From: Trichosphaerium sp. ATCC 40318 | Taxonomy: Eukaryota; Protista; Tubulinea | Length of the DNA stretch: 64,000 nucleotides | Assembly (NCBI GenBank): GCA_038496445.1 | Contig: JALMLS010000325.1 | Span: forward strand, 1-64,000 | Direction of reading: 5' to 3' | Shown: positions 40,561-50,922 of the stretch, in pieces | Layout: each line of letters starts with the position of its first letter | Numbering within the stretch: the first letter of the stretch is position 1 | Translations under genes and position numbers: made by a program | Notes under the pieces: generated by a model | Seen by the model: only the letters and a program-made list of their open reading frames with translations | Databases searched by the model: none | What the model was told of the DNA's origin: nothing

Positions 40561-42054
40561 TTATTCTTCTGGCGGTGCACGTGCGTAAACACGTTTATCA
40601 AACTTTCCTGCAACATAAAAGTCTTGATAGACTCTTACACCATTCTCACGCATCTCCAAGAAGTGTTTTTTAAGAGTACCATTATCATCAAACTCCAAAC
40701 ACTCATACTCTCCATCTTTTATAGTAGGCATACATCTCTCTAATAAAGTGCCAGTATCCTGGCACCATTTCTGATACTGTACTGCTTTACCATTCTTATA
40801 AACACTCTCATTAACACGCTGACCTTTTGTATTCCACTCTTTACTTTCACCATGTAACAAACCATCTTCATAAAAGCAATGTATAGCAAGTTTTCCTGAT
40901 TTTTTATGCCATCCTTTTCTCTCTCCTTGTAATTTATCATTATGATAAATTGATATACTTGTCAGTAGACCTGACTCATTCCACCACTTAGATTCACCTT
41001 CTTTCTTCCCTTTTACGTATGTTATTCGGTGTACAAGCTTATTTTTACGATAATAAGTGTATTCTCCGTCTAATAATCCGTTTACGTATGTACACTTTAC
41101 ACGTGGTTCCCACGTTGTATGTGATGTTTTAGCCCATTTTATAAAACTTCCGTTTTTTTGAAATGATTCATCATATCTTGATAAAGCGGTTTCTTTACAT
41201 AGTAAAGGCCATTTTATATAGCAATCTGGTGCACCTTTGACTTGTTGTATAAGGTGTCTTATTTCAGGAGGAAAGTCAAGGATTCTAACTCTAAAAAGCA
41301 GAGTGAGTTGAAGACAGTGTAAACGGAAAAAATGTGAAAAAAAAAAGGTGTCTAAAAAGATTCTTTTAGAATCTATTCTACTGAAAACTATACACAGCTC
41401 TACGCTAAAAGCACGCAATAATGCTCCCGTTGAAGAGAGTTAGACTGTTTTTGAGAATCTTTTAAAAAAATGCTTAAACTCAACCGTAGTACTGTATTAC
41501 AATGAAGTATAATGCGTGACGTGTATTGACGTTGGTTTAAAGCCGCGTAGACAACTTTCAAGGGAGAATTTTGAAAAAAAAAAAGCAACTACGCAGCGAG
41601 TACAGTCTAAGTACTAAGTTTGTAGAGTTCAAAAAATACGCGCTACAATACACAAGCATATTTCAGCGAGGTAATGGCGTGCAGACTTGTAGTTTTTACC
41701 TTCCAAAACAAAAAAGTTACTTTGACGAGCGTTTTTATGAGTAATTTTAGTGTACTATGCATTTAGTAAACAATTACTCAGCTGCTGACGCAAAAAAAGC
41801 AATAATTATCTTTTTAAAGCGATTGCGCTTTTTTGGGTTTACGGTTGAAATGCGAGTACTTTCTAGTTATTGTTTTGATAGGTTATACGCAGAAAAACTG
41901 ATTTTGGTAAATGAACGTTTTGTTGGCTTTTCAAAAAAAAAGGAAAAGTGTACCCATCTGCAGTTGTTCTTTCTCGTGCTGAATCACTGAGTGCTACAGA
42001 TACTTTACGTATCGCTTTTGAGGTTGAAGAAGAAATCTTTCTGATGGCGGCCAT
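40561..42054 (-). CDS. MORN-variant (YwqK-like) repeat protein; 5' exons uncertain
   Basis: Last exon has repeats YVNGLLDGEYTYY, YVKGKKEGESKWWNESG, YEDGLLHGESKEW; candidate start MAAIRKISS at 42054. Confidence 0.7.
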
Positions 42055-42431
42055 TTGTGCTAATAAAATGTTATGGAAGGTATTGTAGAACGTTTTTGTG
42101 GCGTATAGATAGAGTTTAATACTCACTTTGTTATCCTACCGAACTGATGCGAAGTATTTTTATTCTAACTGGTTAAAAAAGCTCCTTGTACTTGTTAAAT
42201 GCGAAAAAAACATTTAAGATTACGCACGTACTAATCTTGGCGTACTGGTTTTAGTACCCCTTTTTACGCTCAAAAAAAGGATACTGAGTAGAGTGTGAGT
42301 GTTTGCGCCTTTTTAGCTGACTATCTGAAAACACTTAATCGCTGCCAGTTTAAGCCACTTTGTAAACTGGGCTGAGTCACTGCCCACTCAGCATACTACA
42401 AAACAATACTGTAATTATTATATAGCCACTG

Positions 42432-43763
42432 ATGATGCTTTTGCGAATTGTGGTGTTATGTTTAGCATTTACATCCTGTCTGGCGTACCAATATGGTTAC
42501 AGCAACGAAGGAAAGAAGGTTTTGTTAACAAGTGTTCAATCCTTGACGTTACATCGCGGACAACAAACAACTGGACGTAGATCAAGCCCTGTACCACAAG
42601 TACGTTGCAATGCGCAAGCTGGCTAAAAGTAATGCGTTTTATAGCTGAAATGTGTGGGTGGAAGCGCACAACGCAGTAACAGCCAACCAGATGTAGTTCA
42701 GGTGCCTACAGATAGTCTATTGAATTATTTTAACATAAATTAGTGTTACAACAAAGGAAACAACGGCCAAGACGTTCAATGGAAATGTGACGCCGAATTA
42801 CCGTCAAACGTACTATTTACATTTTATTATTTTAGTCTACAGCGTTAATCTCATCATTTAGATAAAATTCGGACGTATTCAAGTAACTTGTGAAGGATAC
42901 GATGAACCTAACGACCCGTAAGAAGTTTTTACAGAATCTCAAAATTGGTTTTTTTCTGTACTCCTTAACGGCGTCTAGATACATACTACAAGGGTCTTGT
43001 GGTTTAGAATATAATCTAGAATATACAGGGAACCAGCGTGGAAGCAATTACGGCGGATACAGTACGTTGTTTTTACTTTAGAACAAAGTGTTTATCTTTG
43101 AACTTAGATCAAGGCTATGGCGGTTATAACTCGTATAATACGCGCTCTGGATCTAGTTGGGGTAGCCTTATAATGTTTATTGCACTAGCTGCCATTGCAT
43201 ACGGCATGTGGAACTCATGTGCAAGGGCACAGGGTGGACGCAGACCAGGATATGGTACTATTTTCTTTGCTCATTTTTAATTACCGTTGTTTACCTTATT
43301 AATGACTAGGTGGTGGTCCAACAGGCGGTGGATTCCCTGGTGGACACGGTGGACCACCTGGTGGATATGGAAATGGATACAATAGAGGATCAGGAGGGCC
43401 ATATAACTGTAAGTGATTTACAAGATAAACAAGATTTGCTTAATATTCTATAGGTAATCCGCAACCTCCAAGGCAGTATGGTCGTGGTGGTAATGGATTC
43501 TGGGGTGGTATGGCTACTGGTGGTATGTTAGGATACCTTTTGGGTGGCGGTAGACGCTATGGAGGTTATGGTGGTTATAATAGATTCGGTGGGTATGGTG
43601 GATATCGCCAAAGACCAAGTTTTGGTAGCTCGTAAGTTAACTGTTTTTTTTTTGAAATCATTTCCTCGTTGTTAAGTTAATTGTTAGATGGGGGAGCTCT
43701 GGTGGTTCTTTTGGTGGTGGTTCTAGAAGGTCTAGTGGATTTGGTGGGACTTCTAGGAGATAG
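42432..43763 (+). CDS. SARAF: Store-operated calcium entry-associated regulatory factor (TMEM66/DUF1183)
   Basis: KVLLTSVQSLTLHRGQQTTGRRSSPVPQLKCVGG, DVQWKC, YILQGSCGLEYNL, GFWGGMATGGMLGYL, SGFGGTSRR*. Confidence 0.92.
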
Positions 43764-44083
43764 CCACTTTGTTTTTAAAACGTGTAGAAAAAAAGTTAAA
43801 AAATGGAATACATGTACATTGTTCATAGTCGTCTATCTTGCTTTTTGTGGAAGTCTCCAGCTGTTTGCCTGGTAATTTTTTTGAAGTACTGTCTTACTCA
43901 TTATAACTTCAATGATTATCTATTTTTCAATATCACGTGGAGGATATTGCGGGCGTACTGATATTCCGGGTTACAGAGCGAAAAATGTTTTGCAAATTTT
44001 TTATTGATTGCACTGTATCACGTGTAGTTTTTTTGAAGATCAAGCTAACACTAGTGTAAGTAATATACTCACTACTTTCAACA

Positions 44084-44608
44084 TCAAAGTTGACGTTGCA
44101 GCTGTTCATCAAGTTGAGCAATCTTCTTATAAATAAAATCAGTTTTTTCTTTGTTAAACACAAACCTCGTTCCAACAGTCTTTTCTGCCCAACCTTTTGC
44201 ACTTTTTTGACCGTACTCTTGTGATATCGCTGTCCAATCGCAAACCATCTCAATAAGGTCAATTACAGTCATATCATTTGCGTCTTTGTGGAATTCTGGA
44301 TGATGCCTGTTAATGGTTACGTGGTGATGAGCAGCGATACGAACACTCTCTTCAACGCCCTTTGGGTACTCGAAGGGTTCACCAGCGTGCTTACAACGAT
44401 AATATTCTGTTAACCAGATGTAAGGCGTGCGTTCAGGCTCTTTAAACTTTGATTCGTCGTGAATATCTCCTCTCTCCTTTAAATCGGCCGCGTATTCAGG
44501 TAGTACCTTCGCCATAGCGCTTAGATTGCTTCTAACGCGATTGATATGTTCCAAGGTACGTTTCTCAAAAAAAGCAATCATTTCGGGTGTAGGTGTGCTG
44601 TCTGTCAT
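44084..44608 (-). CDS. DUF5662-like HD-fold metal-dependent hydrolase, intronless
   Basis: T..H..RV, HDESKF, HHVTINRHHPEF, MTVIDLIEMVCDW. Confidence 0.8.
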   Translation of the reverse strand: MTDSTPTPEMIAFFEKRTLEHINRVRSNLSAMAKVLPEYAADLKERGDIHDESKFKEPERTPYIWLTEYYRCKHAGEPFEYPKGVEESVRIAAHHHVTINRHHPEFHKDANDMTVIDLIEMVCDWTAISQEYGQKSAKGWAEKTVGTRFVFNKEKTDFIYKKIAQLDEQLQRQL

Positions 44609-44999
44609 TCTGTAGGTTTATTCTGCTAATGACAGGCGTAATTAGTTCTATGAACGGTTTGCTGGTAAGCTAGAATGAATTTATTCAGAAAAAACTGAGT
44701 GCCTTATCGCGTGTCTTAAGATCGCGTGAGGGAAATTCTGGTCTATATTTTATCAGTTTACACTCATTTCGCAGTGTGATGCATGCCAATATGAAATAAA
44801 GCGAGGAAAAAAAACCAACTTAAAGTTTGTTGCATTTTTTTTGCGAACCGTTGTGGAATCACGTGCTAGCAGGTTTAAAGTTCGGTGTTTTAAAGTACGT
44901 ACATTATAGTTGTACATTATTTACAGATGCTTTAGGTTGTTACGTATTGTGAACGCCAGCGTGTAGTGACACATTTTCACGGATTGTTTAAAATAACAT

Positions 45000-46442
45000 G
45001 ACTTGATGTGACTGAGTTGTGATTTGTACATTGTATTCATGTGAGGTTGTCAACGAAGGGACGTGGCGCACTACTAAGAAGTAGGAATGACCTTTTAAAG
45101 TGAATGAAACTTCTATAGATGGACAAGAGTGCGTTTAGAACGGGAAAACAAGTCAACAAGTTGAAAAGAAAAAAAAAAAGCAAGAAAAACACCTTAAAAT
45201 GCAGGCACAGATGTGACGACAAACTAGCGGGAATGACGGCTATACACTTGCGAGAATAAGGTAAAAACATTTAAAAACCTTTTATACGCTTCATCATACA
45301 CTCTACAGCGCTACAAGGCATCGAGTCACGTGAACTTTTTTTTATTTTTTGTTATTCCTCGTACGTTGGTCTCGAGCGCCTTGTTGCCTCGGTCACACAA
45401 AGTCACGCCGGAAGGGAACGAAAAACACTGATAGGTTTCAATTTCGCAAAAGTATGCTTAAAAAACACGTTCTAACCACGTGGTAGTGTCCTTTAAATCA
45501 AAAAATTTTCAAATAATGACTGACATCAAAAAAACCATCTTATTGCCTTTTCTAGGTTACTAGGAAACACTTATCGTAAAAGGATAAAAGTGGGCACAAA
45601 AGTTCTTGATATAACGTCAAGGTGAAGTCATCTGTGACATTTCAACGGATATTTTATTGTCCTCCACAGAAAATTCAACGAAGCTCATCATGGACACGTC
45701 TTTTCAGCCTACGAATACCATAAAGGTACGTAAGCACATGATTAAAATCTTTTACCAACCGGTAGTGGAATTCACCGTAACCTCCTTGCTCTGGTTGTAG
45801 AGCTCAAGGAGCACCTCCTGAAAATACAAGTTTGAACACTTTTTTTTTTTTGGTTGCTTTATCTTCAGCTTGTTGTTGATATACTACCTTCTCTCTTTAT
45901 CTTTTTATGCGTTATTAATGTGTTACAGGTATGCATTAACCAGGGCCACTTTAACATTGCCCCAAAGTCTCAGTATCTATACTACCTACAAAGAAACGCA
46001 GTGGTTAGAAGCAACGTAAAACATAACAACCTAAAGAGACCACGTGAACAGAAAGTTAAAAAAACACCTTTCAGTACGTTTACGTATTCGGGTTTACACT
46101 CTAAAACGAGAAGCAAACTGTGTAGTTTAATATAATTAGCTACGCAGTTTGGTGGAAGTTTTTTTTTCGAAAGAAAAAATTGAATTACTAAAACCTTTCT
46201 TAGAAGGTCGTTTCAGCGCCATCAAGCGCCTTCCACAGGACCGTAAACATGTTCGTATACAGCTACACAATTTAAAGCGTCATTTGGAAGGAAGATGGCA
46301 ACTAAAGGTCTTCAGAACTTCTCCTTTCGTAAACGACCATTATCCGGGTAGTGATTGTGAGTTTATCACGTGGCACTTTCCTCCTACGGGTAGCAATGTT
46401 CAATCAGCTTTCACTAAACTACCAGGAAACCTGAAAGCGTAA
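45000..46442 (+). CDS. Putative multi-exon gene or pseudogene of unknown function
   Basis: Series of short segments bounded by AG/GT sites (e.g. 45557-45621, 45670-45725, 45930-46002); no consistent frame or family resolved. Confidence 0.3.
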
Positions 46443-47460
46443 TATATATGTAATACGCTGTATAACCTATGTGTACATAATGTAAATAAACAACTTGTCA
46501 TTCTTTGTAAACTTCTATTGATCTTTTTCATTTTTTTTTTTTTTTTGTAAAATAGAAAGCTTCAATTTAAAGCGGAAACACCTTTGTACGCTTAGAGGTT
46601 AGTGTATAATTGTCTTGTAGTTTATTTATGTCTATTACAATAATGTTTTGTCATCTCAAAATAACAAGTAAGAATTATCACGTGGGGCAGTTGCTACGCT
46701 CACAATACGCCAAGGCTTGTTTTCAGACAAGTATAAATTTGTAGTTTTTACAGTGTACACATTAATCCATAGCGCCAAATTACGTAATTCTGACAACGAC
46801 AATAACTTTGTAGTTTATAGAAAAGGGTGCACTATATCTGTAGGTACTGAGTCAGCATGGGTTTTTTTTTAGACATGTTTTGGACATTCAGTAGTTCATT
46901 GGTTCATTATTTGTTCTCTGAGTCAGTTCATTAGCTTACACTGAACTAAACCTTCGATCGCCATAAACCATGACCCGTTCACTTTTTATAGATCACGTCG
47001 AAGCCTTTAGACCCAGTGATGACGCTGGGGCATCAAGCAATAAAGTGTCCTTTTGGTTTTATTTTTCGGTTATGTGACATAGTTGTTTTTAAGTTATTAC
47101 GACGTTTACTTCATTTTTGCGGCACGAAAAACTGCACAAAGCTACGAACACGTGTTGATAAACAAATACACGACGTTACAGGCTGAATTGTAGAATTCCA
47201 CATGACAGGTCAAGAAAGACATTGTTAAAACACAACAAAAAGAGCAAGCAAACATAAACTCCGTCAACACAGCTTTTGTGTTCGTTATTTTTTAAAACGT
47301 GACTGACGCAGTCGCTGGTAAAGCAAAAGTTCCCTATTTGTAGTCTATAAACAGCACCAAACAGATGAAATGAGTCGACATTTTGGAGTTTTGAACCGGC
47401 AGTCAAAGAGATTAGTGTTGACTTTCTAAAACTGACAATAGAACCCTAACTTCGCCTTCA

Positions 47461-48105
47461 ATGAGTCTATTCGATGACCTTTTAGATGAACTAGATGATG
47501 AGAAAGATCTTAAAGCGTAAGCGTTTCATACCACGTGACAATTTAATCATTTCGGTTTTTTTTTATTTTGTAATTAGTTAATTATTGTTTTTGAACAGAG
47601 ATAAAGAGCGTCCTGATTGTGCAAAGTGTGGAAAGCGTATTAGAGTAGGAGAAAAAATATTAGAGGCTTTAGATGACTATTGGCATCAAAAATGTTTTAA
47701 CTGTAGCACGTGCTCTCAGTGGCTTGCGTACGAACCGGTTTTTTTTTTGCAAAATTTATTTTCACGTTTATACACGTATTCTAGAGTATAACGTGCGTAG
47801 GTATGGAGAATACTATGATTATAACGGTCAACCATATTGTGTAGGGTGTTATAAATCAAAAGAAGCTGGAAAAGCGTACTAATATAACTGTCATTGGGTA
47901 AGGGCACGTGTGGAGTTAAAAACATAAGAAGTTTTGCTTGTACAAACAAAATACTGAGCTAAAAGCGGAGCCATTTGTTTCCAATCACAAAATTGTCACG
48001 TGTTATTGCTATTATCACGTTTTGTTACTATTTTAGGTTAAAGAACAATATTCTACCAGTGTTCCTTCAAACTTGTTTACAATTGCAGTTAGAGGTGATC
48101 GCTAA
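47461..48105 (+). CDS. Small single-LIM-domain protein with an N-terminal LD-like motif (3' end 47882 or 48105)
   Basis: MSLFDDLLDEL; CAKC...WHQKCFNCSTC...YDYNGQPYCVGCY. Confidence 0.85.
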
Positions 48106-48177
48106 CCGGCTATAACCGCATAAGAAAAATAAGGGAAAACGACGCGGTCGTCAGAACAGGGTGACTCAACATTAGAC

Positions 48178-48407
48178 AGGTTTGGGCTTGAAAAGGTACA
48201 AAACCCAAGACGCTATGCCAGAGTGCTTAGCCCCCGTGTACCCCGAGAAGGAGTTGGGAGCGCAGCGGTGGTGGCGGGTTGTCTTAGGAAATGACGTGAT
48301 TTATTTAGGGAGTACTCGGAGGGTGTTAGTCGATAGGGATCGAAAGCTAGTGTTGGTCGCTTTCCAACTCCCTCGCCTTTTCTCAGGCATAAAACTCAAA
48401 CCTTTTT
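48178..48407 (+). ncRNA. Candidate structured ncRNA (~225 nt), class unknown
   Basis: GC-rich island; nested long-range helices; G-U pairs favour the + strand; followed by T5 and T7 runs. Confidence 0.5.
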
Positions 48408-48766
48408 GCATTTTTTTGCTTGATACTAGGCTTTGGAGCTATGTGTCGAACATAAAACGACTTTCAAAGCCATTGAGAGCATGTAGAACTTTAAAAAAGG
48501 ATGTTGTGTCATGGTACAACACCAACAAAATCTCACATTTTACAACTGTTTGTTAGTCTGTGCATTTCTCTTTTCCCTACACTGGTGCTTTTCACAAGAC
48601 ATTTTTCACCTACGCCTGGTTCTTTAAGCAAGACATCTTTATCACGTTAGAAAGTCGCCGACTTAAGGGCATTTATTATTGCCCCTTAAGTGTGCTGCAA
48701 CGTCAAAAAAAAAACTTGCAAGAAAGTCGTTTTTTGATGTTTGACCTGTTTTGAAAACCGTTTTAA

Positions 48767-50398
48767 ATGGCTCACTTACGTAGACCTCCTCCAATGACCA
48801 CGACAGAGGTTAATTTACTATCTCTACCCAAAGAGTTACATCTCGTTATTCTTTCTATGCTTGGTACACTGTACCAATACTTTGTTACCGTAAACACTCA
48901 TTAATACAAGGAGCGAACGATGTTTTAATGTTTTCTGTCGCGTCAAAAGTCCAAAACTCGATTGCGAATAATAACGAACTATGGCGTCTCTTAGCATATA
49001 ATAGATGGTCTGACGTCGATTGGAACGTTATTAACGCAATGACACCTAAATTTACGAACACTTCATCAAAACTCCCGTAAGACGCGCTCATAGCTATATC
49101 CGTAGCGTATAAACATCATTTATGTATCTTTTAGCCGTTATAAGCTATTATTCGCGAACCAAATCCATAACACTTGCGTAACAAACGCGCAAACAGAAAA
49201 AGAAACAAGAACTCGGCGTATTGAGGCTCTCAAGTAAGATATTAGCGATTTTAGTAGTTGTTCTTTAAATAAATGCATTAGGGCACATACTACAAGATTT
49301 GTGGATACTTGCTTTCATGGGAATCCGTTTAGGGACATGCACGTGGCGTTTGTTGGTACCTTTATTTTGGATTTTTTTTGAAAGTTTTTTTCTTTAAACG
49401 TTTCTGGTTGCTGCTGTATGGTAAATCTATGTAATCCTTCATAAAAATAAGAATTGCTATTTTGTGTCAACAAAGAAAAAGCAATTTTTTGTTGCACGTG
49501 CTAAAAACAGCCTGAGAAATCACCCAATTTTGAAAGCAATAAAAAAAACGTGTTAAAAAAAATTTGACGGCAAAACGAGATGGGTGGGTTATTTATGTTG
49601 ACATAACTTGTTTAGGTGATGAAGGTATTGGAAAAGAAAGTTCAATGGGTACTATAGCACATAACATGCTTCTAGGTAATCTCGTGTTAATGAAGACAAA
49701 AAATCTAAAGTTAATTTTTTTTTTAATAGAGCATGCACCACAACGTTTGATTAGACTCCTGACACCGCCTATTGTAAAAGAAGTTCAAACTTTTAATATT
49801 AATTGGTGTATGTCTTTTGTACCTGATCACTTGGTTCGTAGCTTACATGCTGTTCATGTACACACTACAAGTACGAAGGAAACAATTTCCACTTAGTTAT
49901 CAAAAAAAAAACTTAAACGAATTTAGGCAATATGTCTGCAGCAAAGACTTGTATTAAAGGTGTTGATGCTGTCATTGTCGGATTCTCATGGGCTAGACCT
50001 AAGACACTTGAAAACGCTATTAAAAAATGGATACCATTCATAAGAAAGCATTTACTTGATGTAGCTTTAGTCCTTGTTGGATTTCAGGTACTTTTTTTTC
50101 CACTTTGGAGTTGTTTGTTTCTAACTGTTTTGTGCCATTCTTAGCCTACAGCTCAAGCTTGGGCTTTCAATAAAGATGTATTATGTGCTACATATGGTGT
50201 TAATCCTTGTGGAACGATTGATAAAGCTGGTGCTAAAATAGCTTCAGTTCGAGGTGCTGATGTACGATTAACATTTTTTGTTGTTTTTTTTTTCTGTAAT
50301 GTCCTAAACAAATTCTTATTTTTTTCTAGTTGTATATGTCATTTCCGGACTCAATGACAGATCTAATGTGTGGCATATTGCAACTACTTTTGAAATAA
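48767..50398 (+). CDS. F-box protein fused to a degenerate Rho-like GTPase domain (3' end may extend to ~50506)
   Basis: LLSLPKELHLVILSML...NELWR F-box; VAFVGDEGIGKES; GVDAVIVGFSWARPKTLENAIKKWIPFIRKHLLDVALVLVG. Confidence 0.8.
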
Positions 50399-50922
50399 AA
50401 TACAAACCTCACATTATCTAACGATGTTATTTCATTGTTAGTTGATTTATCAAGTGTTTGTTCAGCCTGGTTTATAAGCATACTTTCTTTGCAAGTTTTT
50501 TGGTAAATTGACGTTGTAGTTACATCACAAGCAGCTATGCTTTTCCACCAAACTCTTTTAGAAGAACAGCTTTCATTGTAATAGTATTAGTAGCGTAATA
50601 TAAAAGTTAAGTAGGCGTTTTCCGTTCTCACGAATTCGTCCGTCAACGGAAATTAGCTTTACCTCAATTGCACCCTATATGAGTACTTGTAAACGTGCAC
50701 ACCATTTTGTGCCTTCAATGAATCATCGGTGATTTACAAAACAATACTTGACAAAATAAACAAGTTTGGTTTTGTGGTGTTTAAGGTAGCTTTCTTTATT
50801 TGTATGTACAAGGGTTATAAACAAAGTACATGATGTTGGATTTATAGAGTCCAAATACAACATGTCATTCTTCATAGTATTCTTCACTAAGTATTCTATG
50901 GTAGTTGGAAATTGCTTGGGAA

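Noticed and set aside
42300-42320. CGCCTTTTTAG resembling U5 snRNA loop I
   Set aside because: Differs from the invariant GCCTTTTAC and lacks the closing stem and Sm site
48225-48240. Minus-strand CACGGGGGCT resembling RNase MRP CR-V
   Set aside because: No convincing GAAAGTCCCC partner, and G-U pairs plus the T-run favour the plus strand
48182-48556. 124-aa ORF over the GC-rich island
   Set aside because: TTG start, no recognisable motifs; base-pairing explains the composition better
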